Source: a bacterium (GTDB lineage Bacteria > DUMJ01). From it: DNA of 64,000 nt. This document shows positions 42,467-52,150 of the stretch, in pieces. A program made the translations under genes and the position numbers. How positions within the stretch are numbered: position 1 is the stretch's first letter; the number at the start of each line of letters is the position of its first letter. The stretch covers positions 31,441 through 95,440 of the forward strand of contig DUMJ01000042.1 of the NCBI GenBank assembly GCA_012839925.1, written 5' to 3'. Under the pieces are notes generated by a model. That model ran no database searches, was not told the DNA's origin, and saw only the letters and a list, made by a program, of their open reading frames with translations.

Positions 42467-43480
42467 ATGTCTAATAAACCTAAAGTTCTATTAGCAATGC
42501 ATAGAAACCTTGGAGAACAGATCTTTAACAAAAAAGATCTCGAGTATTTTAAGACATTTGTAGAAGTTAACAATGTTGGTTCTCTTCCAGAAAAGATAGA
42601 TGAGTCATTTATAAAAGATAATATAAGAGGTGTAGATATCTGTGTTACCTGTTGGGGGACCCCTCCTTTTGGTAAAGAGATTCTAGATAATGCTGATAAT
42701 TTAAAGCTTATAGCACACTCTGCCGGTTCTGTTAAACCCATAGTAACAGATTATGTATGGGAAAGAGGTATTAGAGTAACTAGTGCTGCCCCGGCTATAG
42801 CAGTTGCGGTAGCAGAGATGACTTTAGGGCTTATGATTATATCTTTACGGAGGATATTTCACTTTAATGAACTTACTCATAAAGGGTTTTGGAAATCAGA
42901 TGAAGAGATATCCAAGACTAGGTCCCTCTACTGTGTTACAGTAGGTGTAGTGGGTGCCAGCAATGTAGGTAGAAATGTTATAAAACTCTTAAAGAACTTT
43001 CAGGTAGAGATACTCCTTTATGACCCCTATGTAACTCAAGAGGAAGCAGATAAACTTGGAGTAAAACTTGTATCTTTAGAAGAACTTATGTCAAAATCAG
43101 ATGTAGTATCTCTTCATGCCCCAAGTATCCCTGAGACATACCATATGATAAATAAGAATAATATAAGTCTCTTAAAGCCAGGCTCCATAATTATAAATAC
43201 TGCAAGAGGTTCATTGATCGATGAAGCCTCTCTCATAGAGAGGCTTGCTAGGGGAGATATCTTTGCCTGTCTAGATGTTACAGACCCTGAACCTCCAGAT
43301 ATCAATAGTCCATTGAGGAGATTACCCAATGTCATTCTTACTCCACATATAGCAGGAGGAAATTCAGTGACAGATAGATGGAGACAGGGTAGATATATTA
43401 TAGATCAGATATATAAATTTATTACCCAGGGCACTATGGATTATGAGGTTACGAAAGATATGCTTACGAGAATAGCTTAG
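42467..43480 (+). CDS. D-isomer-specific 2-hydroxyacid dehydrogenase family protein (NAD-binding)
   Basis: GxGxxG VGVVGASNVGRNV, catalytic-domain layout; RBS AAAGGAG 9 nt before ATG 42467. Confidence 0.75.
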   Translation: MSNKPKVLLAMHRNLGEQIFNKKDLEYFKTFVEVNNVGSLPEKIDESFIKDNIRGVDICVTCWGTPPFGKEILDNADNLKLIAHSAGSVKPIVTDYVWERGIRVTSAAPAIAVAVAEMTLGLMIISLRRIFHFNELTHKGFWKSDEEISKTRSLYCVTVGVVGASNVGRNVIKLLKNFQVEILLYDPYVTQEEADKLGVKLVSLEELMSKSDVVSLHAPSIPETYHMINKNNISLLKPGSIIINTARGSLIDEASLIERLARGDIFACLDVTDPEPPDINSPLRRLPNVILTPHIAGGNSVTDRWRQGRYIIDQIYKFITQGTMDYEVTKDMLTRIA

Positions 43481-43489
43481 GACTTTAAG

Positions 43490-44230
43490 ATGAGAGAAAA
43501 GACTCTTAAGCTTAACCTCAGAAGTAGAGTAAGAGTAGCCGAAGATATCTGGGAAGAGAGGATAGATGCGAAGAGTTTTAATATAGATAAAACAGCTATA
43601 CTTCTCTGTGATATATGGGATAATCACTGGTGCAGTGGAGCTAAAAAAAGAGTAGACATACTTGCCCCCAGGATTAATAGAGTAGTCAGCGTAGCAAGAG
43701 AAAATGGGATTCAGATCATACATTCTCCATCAGATACTATGGATTTTTATAAGGGTACTGTGTATAGAAAGAGAATCTTAGAGGTACCCAGAATAGAACC
43801 AGTGGAGTTATTGTCTTTTTATGAGCCTCCTCTTCCCATAGATGACTCAGATGGGGGATGTGATTCTGGAGAAAAACCCTGGTATAAAGCCTGGACAAGA
43901 GAACATCCAGCGATAGAGATAAGAGGAAACGATGTGATATCTGATAATGGTATAGAAATATACAGCTTTCTAAGATACTTAAACATAGATACCCTTATCT
44001 ATATAGGTTTTCACACAAATATGTGTATACTCAAGAGACCTTTCGGAATAAGAAACATGAAAAGATACGGTATAAACTGCATTTTGGTTAGAGACCTTAC
44101 AGATGCTATGTACAATCCCGATATGCCTCCATACGTATCTCATGAAAAAGGTACTGAGTTAGTAATTCAGCATATAGAAAAATATCTCTGCCCCACTATA
44201 TTGAGCGAAGACTTGGAGAAATTATATTAG
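43490..44230 (+). CDS. Isochorismatase-like cysteine hydrolase family protein (tentative)
   Basis: 246 aa; AILLCDIWDNHWC...K...C arrangement reminiscent of isochorismatase/CSHase fold. Confidence 0.35.
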   Translation: MREKTLKLNLRSRVRVAEDIWEERIDAKSFNIDKTAILLCDIWDNHWCSGAKKRVDILAPRINRVVSVARENGIQIIHSPSDTMDFYKGTVYRKRILEVPRIEPVELLSFYEPPLPIDDSDGGCDSGEKPWYKAWTREHPAIEIRGNDVISDNGIEIYSFLRYLNIDTLIYIGFHTNMCILKRPFGIRNMKRYGINCILVRDLTDAMYNPDMPPYVSHEKGTELVIQHIEKYLCPTILSEDLEKLY

Positions 44231-44241
44231 GAGGGATAAAA

Positions 44242-45036
44242 ATGGAAAAGAAATATGTCTTTTCGGTATTTACAAAACCATGGCAGAATATGCCGGTGAA
44301 GGAATTGGGGGAGTTTGTAAGTAAACTGGGTTTTGATGCCATCGAGTTTCCTGTAAGACCAGGTTATCAGGTAGAACCTGAGAATGTAAAAGAAGGATTA
44401 CCGAAACTTGCCAGAGAGTTAAAGAGTTTTGGAATAGATATAGCCAGTATAGCAGGACCTACAGATGAGGATACCTTTATAGCCTGTGCAACAGCCGGGA
44501 TACCTGTAATCAGGGTTATGTGTAGAGTAGAAGAAGATGGCTATCTTGCATCTGAAAAGAAGGCAAGAAAGGACCTTGAATCGCTTCTACCTTTATGTGA
44601 AAAGTACAATGTAAAGATAGGAGTTCAGAATCACTATGGTAAGTTTGTGTCTCCAAATTCAGCTGGACTTATGAGACTTGTAGAGAAATTTGATCCAAAT
44701 TATATAGGAATTATCTGGGATGCAGCTCACAATGCACTGGGTGGAGAAGAGCCAGAGATGGGACTTGATATAGTATGGTCGCATCTCTGTATGGTTAATC
44801 TAAAAAATGCTTTTTGGAGAAGAAAGACAGGACCTGAATTAGAAGCAGAGTGGGAAATATACTGGACCAGCGGGAAGCAAGGTCTTGCCAGCTGGAGAAG
44901 GGTTGCTGAATATCTTAAGAAGAGGAACTACAGAGGAGTTATATGTTTAACTGCAGAGTATACAACTAAAGACGAGGTGGATAGACTGATAGCTGAAGAT
45001 ATAAAATTTGCCCGATCACTATTTTATGAGGATTAA
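44242..45036 (+). CDS. Sugar phosphate isomerase/epimerase (xylose-isomerase-like TIM barrel)
   Basis: 264 aa; GFDAIEF...typical AP-endonuclease-2/TIM-barrel pattern. Confidence 0.6.
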   Translation: MEKKYVFSVFTKPWQNMPVKELGEFVSKLGFDAIEFPVRPGYQVEPENVKEGLPKLARELKSFGIDIASIAGPTDEDTFIACATAGIPVIRVMCRVEEDGYLASEKKARKDLESLLPLCEKYNVKIGVQNHYGKFVSPNSAGLMRLVEKFDPNYIGIIWDAAHNALGGEEPEMGLDIVWSHLCMVNLKNAFWRRKTGPELEAEWEIYWTSGKQGLASWRRVAEYLKKRNYRGVICLTAEYTTKDEVDRLIAEDIKFARSLFYED

Positions 45037-45037
45037 G

Positions 45038-46006
45038 ATGGAAGACTCAAAGGTTAGAATCGCCTTTATAGGTTGTGGAGTAATGGCTAATAAAGTTCAT
45101 TATCCATCTCTAACATCTTTTTCTGATGTGGAGATTGTTGCCATATGTGATGTAGATACAGAAAGACTTAATACTACTGGCGACAAATATAATATCGAGA
45201 AGCGATACGCAGATTATAAAAAGATGATAGAAGAAACTTCCCCCGATGCTGTATACGCCATAGGTCAACCACATATAATGTACGATATCTGGATGTGGTG
45301 TCTAAAGGAGGGACTTAATTTATACATAGAAAAACCTATGGGTATAACTATACATCAGGCAAGAATGCTTGCCTATATGGCAGAGAAGAAAGGTTGCATT
45401 ACTCAGGTAAGTTTCCAAAGAAGAGCTGTTCCGTTATTAGTAAAACTTAAAGAGGAGTGTCTAAAACATGGACCTGTAGTTCATGCGGTCTGTGAATTTT
45501 ATAAATATAACATAGAACCATATTTAGAGGCTAGAGACCATATGATGGATGACGGTGTGCATGCAATAGATACACTCAGATGGATATGCGCAGGAGAAGT
45601 AAAGAGGATACTCAGTGTAACCAGGAACGTTTTAGTCCCTGATATCAACCTTATATCAGCAATACTTGAATTTGATAATGGTTCTATCGGAGTTATGATA
45701 AATAGCTGGACAAGTGGAAGAAGGATATTTAGAGTCCAGATGCATGCTCCAGGGATATGGGTTGAAGCGGACCCTGAGGATAAAGGACGTTTATATATAA
45801 ATGGTGATACAAATGGGATTGAGTATGATACAAAAGAGGTGGCAGGAAGTAGCGAGTTCTATGTCTATGCAGGCTTTCAGGCTAAGAACAGAGAATTTAT
45901 CGATTGTTTAAAACTAAAGAAACAGCCAGGCTCAAACTTTTCTGACGCCCTTAAGACTATGGAGGTAGCAGAAAAAATATTGGCAAAGGCGCTATTGGAG
46001 GATTAA
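45038..46006 (+). CDS. Gfo/Idh/MocA family NAD(P)-dependent oxidoreductase
   Basis: VRIAFIGCGVMA Rossmann N-terminus; ATG 45038 after RBS. Confidence 0.8.
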   Translation: MEDSKVRIAFIGCGVMANKVHYPSLTSFSDVEIVAICDVDTERLNTTGDKYNIEKRYADYKKMIEETSPDAVYAIGQPHIMYDIWMWCLKEGLNLYIEKPMGITIHQARMLAYMAEKKGCITQVSFQRRAVPLLVKLKEECLKHGPVVHAVCEFYKYNIEPYLEARDHMMDDGVHAIDTLRWICAGEVKRILSVTRNVLVPDINLISAILEFDNGSIGVMINSWTSGRRIFRVQMHAPGIWVEADPEDKGRLYINGDTNGIEYDTKEVAGSSEFYVYAGFQAKNREFIDCLKLKKQPGSNFSDALKTMEVAEKILAKALLED

Positions 46007-46008
46007 AT

Positions 46009-47409
46009 ATGGAGTATGTAAAGCCGGTAAAGATAGAATTATACTTTATACCAGTTAAAACCCGTATTCCGCTTAAATTTGGACCAGAAATTTTGACATC
46101 TGTTAACTGTGCCAGGGTCCATATGTTTGTCTCTGATAATAAAGGTAAGGTTATGGATGGCTGGGGAGAGACACCTCTGAGTGTTCAGTGGGGATGGCCA
46201 AGCAGTATAAGTTATGATACAAGAGACAGAGATATGAAAGAATTTTCTAAGTTATTAGCCAATGAATGGGTAAATTTGAATCTAGCAGGACATCCTGTCG
46301 AGATAGGGGACATATTCTTGAAATATGCCCTGCCCCTTACTGTTATAAGGTTTAACTCCAGCCTGAAGGAGAGCAGTGAAAACCTGCCATGGTTAGCAGC
46401 ACTGATATGTAACTCTGCTTTTGATATAGCATTTCACGATGCATATGCAAAGTATCTGGGATTACCAGTATACAGGATATATAGTAAACAGTTTATGGAG
46501 AATGACCTGTCACATTATCTAGAACCTGCTAATGATACTCAGGTCTCATTTAAAGATAAATATATAGAAGATTATCTACGAATACCACCAAGAGATAGAC
46601 TTTTAGCGTGGCATCTGGTAGGAGGTACAGACCCTATAGATAGAGATGAACTTACCGGTAACGAGCCAGATGACGGTTATCCTGTCCTTCTAGAAGACTG
46701 GATAAAACAAGATGGACTTAGGTGTCTGAAGATAAAACTTAGGGGAAACGATTTTAGCTGGGACTACAGTAGAATAGTTAAGGTGGCAAGGACAGGAATA
46801 AAAAATAATGTCCTGTGGTTTTCCATAGACTTTAACTGTACAGTAAAAGACCCAGGGTATGTGGTAGAGATGCTGGATAAACTTTTATACGATGAACCTG
46901 AGATTTATGCTAGAACCCTCTATATAGAACAACCATTCCCCTATGATCTGGAATCAAACCCCATTGATGTGAGATGCATATCTGGTAAAAAGCCGATCTT
47001 TATGGATGAGAGTGCCCATGACTGGAAGCTCATACTTTATGGTAGAGAGCTGGGATGGAGCGGAGTAGCGCTGAAAACCTGCAAGACACAGACATCTGCC
47101 CTATTATCTTACTGTTGGGCAAAGAGTTATGGAATGAGTGTTATGGTTCAGGACCTTACCAATCCAATGTTAGCCCAGATACCACATGTATTACTGGCAT
47201 CATATATAGATACCATTATGGGGGTAGAGAGTAATTCCATGCAGTTTTATCCCTCAGCGTCAGAACCAGAAGCAAAAGTCCATCCAGGGCTATATAGAAG
47301 AAGAGATGGGATGCTGGATCTGAGTTCTATAAAGGGTCCTGGATTTGGTTATCGTATAGAGGAGATAAAGAGAGAATTACCTGAGCCTGACTTTATAATA
47401 GGAGAATGA
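46009..47409 (+). CDS. Enolase-superfamily (mandelate racemase/muconate lactonising enzyme subgroup) protein, putative sugar-acid dehydratase
   Basis: 466 aa; KxK (LKIKLRG), metal ligands in FSIDFN, YIEQP, FMDES. Confidence 0.55.
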   Translation: MEYVKPVKIELYFIPVKTRIPLKFGPEILTSVNCARVHMFVSDNKGKVMDGWGETPLSVQWGWPSSISYDTRDRDMKEFSKLLANEWVNLNLAGHPVEIGDIFLKYALPLTVIRFNSSLKESSENLPWLAALICNSAFDIAFHDAYAKYLGLPVYRIYSKQFMENDLSHYLEPANDTQVSFKDKYIEDYLRIPPRDRLLAWHLVGGTDPIDRDELTGNEPDDGYPVLLEDWIKQDGLRCLKIKLRGNDFSWDYSRIVKVARTGIKNNVLWFSIDFNCTVKDPGYVVEMLDKLLYDEPEIYARTLYIEQPFPYDLESNPIDVRCISGKKPIFMDESAHDWKLILYGRELGWSGVALKTCKTQTSALLSYCWAKSYGMSVMVQDLTNPMLAQIPHVLLASYIDTIMGVESNSMQFYPSASEPEAKVHPGLYRRRDGMLDLSSIKGPGFGYRIEEIKRELPEPDFIIGE

Positions 47410-47419
47410 GGATTTCAAT

Positions 47420-48481
47420 ATGAATAGATTGGAGAAAGATAAGGTTCAGTTTGGTATCATAGGTTGTGGAGCCATAGCCAACATACATGCCATGGCGATT
47501 AAGGCTATAGAGAATGCTGAACTAAAGGCAGTTGCTGATGTTAATATAGATAATGCGCGGAAGTTTGCTGAGAGGCATAATATAAAAGAATATTACTCAG
47601 ACTACAGAGAGCTACTTAAAGATAGAGATATAGACATAGTGAATATATGCACACCCAGCGGGTTAAGGGAAGATGTAGCGATAGCATCTGCCAGGGCTGG
47701 GAAACATATAATAGCAGAAAAACCTGTAGAGGTAACTGTAGAGAAGATAGATAGAATTATAGCTGAGTGCAAAAGACATAACGTAGCTCTAGCGGGTATA
47801 TTTAATTATAGATACAATAAGAACTACAGGATTATATATGACACAATCCAGAAGGGTAGATTTGGGAGACTTATCCTGGGAGATGTCTATATAAAGTGGT
47901 ACAGGGATAAGGAATACTATACCAGTTCTGGGTGGAGAGGGACCTGGAAATTTGATGGTGGTGGGGCATTGATGAATCAATCGATCCATTTTATAGACCT
48001 TCTCCAGTGGTATATGGGACCAGTTGAAAGTGTGAAAGCCTATACTGCTCAGGCTGTACATAGATATATAGAGACAGAAGACCTGGGTATAGCCATAGTG
48101 AAGTTTAAGAATGGGGCACTTGGAGTGATCGAAGGGAGTACTGCAATCTATCCTGGTTTATACGATAGGGTGGAGATACATGGAGAGAACGGAAGTGTAT
48201 TGATAGAGGATAGTAGAATAGTCAGATGGGAATTCAGGGATCAGGAACCTTTAGACCAGAAAATAATAGAAGAGAAGGGGTTAGAGACTTTCGATCTGGG
48301 TAGCTCAAGAGATCCAATGGAAATCCCATATGAATTACATAAAAGAGAGATAGAAGACATAATAAATTCTCTGAAAGAGGGCAAGAATCCATCTATAGAC
48401 GGTTACGAGGCGAGGAAAGCGGTAGAGATAATTACTGCTATTTACAGGGCGGGTGAAACAGGAGAAGAAGTCAGACTGTAG
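47420..48481 (+). CDS. Gfo/Idh/MocA family oxidoreductase
   Basis: VQFGIIGCGAIANIHA N-terminus; 353 aa. Confidence 0.8.
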   Translation: MNRLEKDKVQFGIIGCGAIANIHAMAIKAIENAELKAVADVNIDNARKFAERHNIKEYYSDYRELLKDRDIDIVNICTPSGLREDVAIASARAGKHIIAEKPVEVTVEKIDRIIAECKRHNVALAGIFNYRYNKNYRIIYDTIQKGRFGRLILGDVYIKWYRDKEYYTSSGWRGTWKFDGGGALMNQSIHFIDLLQWYMGPVESVKAYTAQAVHRYIETEDLGIAIVKFKNGALGVIEGSTAIYPGLYDRVEIHGENGSVLIEDSRIVRWEFRDQEPLDQKIIEEKGLETFDLGSSRDPMEIPYELHKREIEDIINSLKEGKNPSIDGYEARKAVEIITAIYRAGETGEEVRL

Positions 48482-48619
48482 AGTGAAATGATATATGGAT
48501 AAATAGAGTATCAAAACGGGGGCTCCTGAGAGAGTCCTTTAATTTGTGAATTATTTAGAGCAATAGCTGTATAATAGTATAGAAAAAGTTAATAAAGGGA
48601 TGATAGTGAGGTTAAAACT

Positions 48620-49411
48620 ATGAATATATATGTTCTGGTAAAACAGGTTCCTGCCACCGATAAGGTTAAAATAGATGAGACAACAGGTACTATGAAAAGG
48701 GAAGAAGTTGAAGCGGTTATCAATCCTCTGGATCTCTATGCTATTGAGGGGGCTTTGCGGATAAGAGAGATTTATAATGATAGCCATATAACTGCAGTAT
48801 CTATGGGTCCGTCCAAGGCAGAAGAGGTCTTAAAAGAGGCTATTTCTATGGGGTGTGACCATGGAATACTTCTCTCAGACAGGGCATTTGCAGGGGCAGA
48901 TACCTGGGCTACCTCGTATACTATAGCCAGTCTTATAAAAAAGATGGGAGATTTTTCTCTTATCATTACAGGGGAGAAAGCTACTGATGGAGAAACCGGG
49001 CAGGTTGGACCAAGTCTTGCCGGACAATTGAATCTTCCGATAGTGACCTATGTCGGCAGTATAGTAGAAGTAAGGGATGATTATATCGTGGTGGAAAGAG
49101 AGATTGAATATGGAACCGAGGTTGTTAGAGTAAAATTACCGGCGGTTATATCTGTGGTGAAAGCTATAGGTGAGCCAAGACTTCCAACCCTCAGAGGTAA
49201 GATACGGGCTAGAGAGACCAGGATAGATGTGTACAATCTTGAAAGTCTGGGACTTAATAGAGAAGAGGTAGGGCTGTCAGGTTCTCCTACAAGAGTGGTG
49301 AAAGTTTTTTATCCCAGGATATCAAGGGAGGGGAAGAAGGTTAAGACTTCAACTCCTGATGAAGCGGTAAATAGTATTATACAATTTCTGGAGATAAGGG
49401 GAATCCTATGA
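48620..49411 (+). CDS. etfB: Electron transfer flavoprotein beta subunit
   Basis: MNIYVLVKQVPATDKVKIDE... 263 aa. Confidence 0.9.
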   Translation: MNIYVLVKQVPATDKVKIDETTGTMKREEVEAVINPLDLYAIEGALRIREIYNDSHITAVSMGPSKAEEVLKEAISMGCDHGILLSDRAFAGADTWATSYTIASLIKKMGDFSLIITGEKATDGETGQVGPSLAGQLNLPIVTYVGSIVEVRDDYIVVEREIEYGTEVVRVKLPAVISVVKAIGEPRLPTLRGKIRARETRIDVYNLESLGLNREEVGLSGSPTRVVKVFYPRISREGKKVKTSTPDEAVNSIIQFLEIRGIL

Positions 49412-50397
49412 GTAAAGATGTCATTATATTAGGAGAAACAAAGGGAGAAAAAATACATCCTGTAACATATGAGTTACTGGCATGGGGCAAAGGGCTTTCG
49501 GAAAAACTAAATTCTAATCTATCAGTTGTAATCCTCGGGAAAAATCTGGAAGGCGTTGAGGAGATTATATACTACGGAGCTGATAAAGTATACTATTTTG
49601 AACATTCAGCCCTGGATATATTTAATGTTGAGATATACTCTGAGGTATTGGTTCCATTTATAAAGAAGATGCAGCCGGAGATCGTCCTGGCAGGAGCCAC
49701 CACTACAGGAAGAACTATTATGCCCTATCTGGCAGGAAAACTCAAGACAGGATTAACAGCAGATTGTACCTCTCTGGATATAGAAGAAAAAACGGGGTTA
49801 TTATTGCAAACCAGACCAGCTATAGGTGGGAATGTACTGGCTACCATAAAAACACCACTTCACAAACCACAAATGGCGACGGTAAGACCCAAGGGGAAAA
49901 GACCACTGGAGAGAGATCCAAACCGAAAAGGTGATATAGAGATTATAAGACCAGAAATCAATATAAATTCGAGAATAGAAAGACTTGACTTTAAGACAAG
50001 AGAGGAAGAGGTCTCGCTGGTAGATGCAGAAATTGTAGTATCAGGAGGAAAGGGATTAAAAGACCCACAAAACTTCTCAATGTTATTTGAAATCTCTAGG
50101 ATACTTGGGGCTGCGGTGGGAGCTTCCAGATCGGTAGTGGATATGGGATGGGTAGAATATCCTCATCAGGTTGGTCTGAGCGGGAAGACGGTCAATCCCA
50201 GGGTATATATTGCTATTGGGATATCAGGAGCGGTACAACATCTGGCTGGAATGATGAACTCTGAAAGTATAATTGCGATAAATAAAGATCCGGAAGCACC
50301 AATATTTCAGGTGGCAGACCTGGGAATAGTAGGAGACGCATTGGAAATACTCCCTGTTCTGAAGAAGAGACTGGAGGAGAGAAAGAGAAATGTTTAA
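49408..50397 (+). CDS. etfA: Electron transfer flavoprotein alpha subunit
   Basis: 329 aa, C-terminal FAD-binding ...IAIGISGAVQHLAGM... Confidence 0.9.
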   Translation: MSKDVIILGETKGEKIHPVTYELLAWGKGLSEKLNSNLSVVILGKNLEGVEEIIYYGADKVYYFEHSALDIFNVEIYSEVLVPFIKKMQPEIVLAGATTTGRTIMPYLAGKLKTGLTADCTSLDIEEKTGLLLQTRPAIGGNVLATIKTPLHKPQMATVRPKGKRPLERDPNRKGDIEIIRPEININSRIERLDFKTREEEVSLVDAEIVVSGGKGLKDPQNFSMLFEISRILGAAVGASRSVVDMGWVEYPHQVGLSGKTVNPRVYIAIGISGAVQHLAGMMNSESIIAINKDPEAPIFQVADLGIVGDALEILPVLKKRLEERKRNV

Positions 50398-51793
50398 TAA
50401 AGTCGATGAAAGAATTATAGATAACCTGATAGGGATCTGTGGGACGAATGATGTACTTATAGAAGAGGAAGAATTGGAAAGATATTCCCAGGATGAATCT
50501 GGTAGATTCTATGCCCATATGCCAGAAGTAGTAATCAGAGCCGAAAATACAGAAGAGATATCTAAGGTCCTGAAACTTGCCAATGAAAATCTCATACCGG
50601 TAACCCCGAGAGGTGCAGGAAGCGGGGTAGTAGGGGGAGCGGTCCCTGTATATGGTGGGATACTACTTTCTCTTGAGAAGATGAATCAGATCTTGGAGAT
50701 AGATAAGGTCAACCTGGTGGCTATAGCTGAACCGGGAGTGGTAACTAACGATCTCTGCAAAAAAGTGGCTGAAGAAGGTTTATTCTATCCAGGATATCCG
50801 ATGAGTGTGGAGACGAGTTTCCTGGGGGGAAATGTGGCAACAAATGCTGGTGGAAGCAAGGTAATAAAGTATGGAAATACTGGACACCATATCCTGGGGC
50901 TTGAAGTAGTTTTTCCCTCAGGAGAGGTCCTTCCCCTTGGTGGAAAGAGAAGAAAAGACTCAAGTGGATATAACCTTTTAAATCTTATGGTTGGCTCAGA
51001 AGGAACCCTTGGGGTATTCAGTAAGATCACTGTAAATCTTATACCTCTTCCACTCTATACCGTAGACCTCCTTGTTCCTTTTTCAACAGTAGAATCTGCT
51101 ATACAAACTGTCCCAGAGGTTATAAGAGAAAGTAAGGTTTTACCCTGCGCTGTTGAGTTTCTCGATAGACTATCAGTAGAGCTGGCGAGTATATATACAA
51201 AGTGCAGATGGGAGTATCAGGAACAGGCAGAGGCATATCTTCTCATTCAATTTGATGGGAACAGTAAAGTGCAGTTAGAAGAATCGTATATAAGAGCTGG
51301 AGAAGCCTGTTTAAAGTTTGGAGCATTAGAGGTCTTTGTGGCAGAAAATCCATTTGCATCTGAGAGATTATGGAGACTCAGGAGAAATTATCTGGAGGCT
51401 ATAAAAGCGGTGGATCCATATGTAGTTACTGGAGATGCAGTGGTCCCTACCTCTTTAATTCCCAGAATGTTAAAGAGAATAAAGGAGATAGGAGATGAAT
51501 ATGGAACAGATATACTATGTGCAGCACATGCAGGTGATGGAAATATACACTCTGCTCCCCTAAGACCTGAGAATATTCCTCCAGAAGAATGGCAATCAAT
51601 ACAGGAAGAGATTCTAGATAAGATAGCGGTAGAGGCTAGCTCACTTGGGGGAGCTCCAAGTGGAGAACATGGAATAGGGTATGTAAAAAAGAAGGCGTTG
51701 TATATATCAAAGAAGAGAGAGATTCCTGTGATGAGAGAGGTCAAAAAGGTCTTTGACCCTAACGGGATTATGAATCCAGGGAAGATCTTCTAG
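50390..51793 (+). CDS. FAD-linked oxidase (GlcD/D-lactate dehydrogenase family)
   Basis: 467 aa; FAD_binding_4 motif PRGAGSGVVGG; coupled to etfBA (overlapping starts). Confidence 0.85.
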   Translation: MFNKVDERIIDNLIGICGTNDVLIEEEELERYSQDESGRFYAHMPEVVIRAENTEEISKVLKLANENLIPVTPRGAGSGVVGGAVPVYGGILLSLEKMNQILEIDKVNLVAIAEPGVVTNDLCKKVAEEGLFYPGYPMSVETSFLGGNVATNAGGSKVIKYGNTGHHILGLEVVFPSGEVLPLGGKRRKDSSGYNLLNLMVGSEGTLGVFSKITVNLIPLPLYTVDLLVPFSTVESAIQTVPEVIRESKVLPCAVEFLDRLSVELASIYTKCRWEYQEQAEAYLLIQFDGNSKVQLEESYIRAGEACLKFGALEVFVAENPFASERLWRLRRNYLEAIKAVDPYVVTGDAVVPTSLIPRMLKRIKEIGDEYGTDILCAAHAGDGNIHSAPLRPENIPPEEWQSIQEEILDKIAVEASSLGGAPSGEHGIGYVKKKALYISKKREIPVMREVKKVFDPNGIMNPGKIF

Positions 51794-51897
51794 ATAATAT
51801 ATTCCATTTTTTCTTTTTAAGAAAATATAGGTACTGTCAATAGTCTGTAAAAATGTCAGGGGAAGGAAATAAAACATATGAGATTAATTTGTATCCC

Positions 51898-51938
51898 GTA
51901 GGGGCAATTCATGAATTGCCCCTACAATTTCGTCTTTT
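51898..51938 (+). terminator. Rho-independent terminator of etf/oxidase operon
   Basis: 28-bp perfect palindrome GTAGGGGCAATTCA|TGAATTGCCCCTAC followed by AATTTCGTCTTTT. Confidence 0.7.
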
Positions 51939-52020
51939 ATAATAAAAACCCCATGCCTTTATCCTTCCTCCCCCACCTCGGGGGAGGATAGAGATGGGGG
52001 CACTATCTTACTTCTCACCC

Positions 52021-52047
52021 TCCCCTCTCCCGTCAAGGGAGAGGGGA
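52021..52047. repeat. GC-rich hairpin TCCCCTCTCCC-GTCAA-GGGAGAGGGGA (same stem as 39133 element); neighbouring hairpin 51967..51987 CCTCCCCC-ACCTC-GGGGGAGG
   Basis: Seen directly; unusual G/C runs in AT-rich 357-nt spacer. Confidence 0.5.
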
Positions 52048-52098
52048 ATAGGTCAGAACTATTTACCCATGACAATATCATAGAACGTTAACAGGCAC

Positions 52099-52127
52099 TT
52101 GACACTGGTAAAAAATCGATATATAAT
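52099..52127 (+). promoter_or_regulatory. Consensus sigma-70 promoter (TTGACA-17-TATAAT) for ROK regulator operon
   Basis: TTGACA 52099..52104, TATAAT 52122..52127, 24 nt before ORF start. Confidence 0.6.
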
Positions 52128-52150
52128 TTCTTTGTGAGGAAAAATTATAT

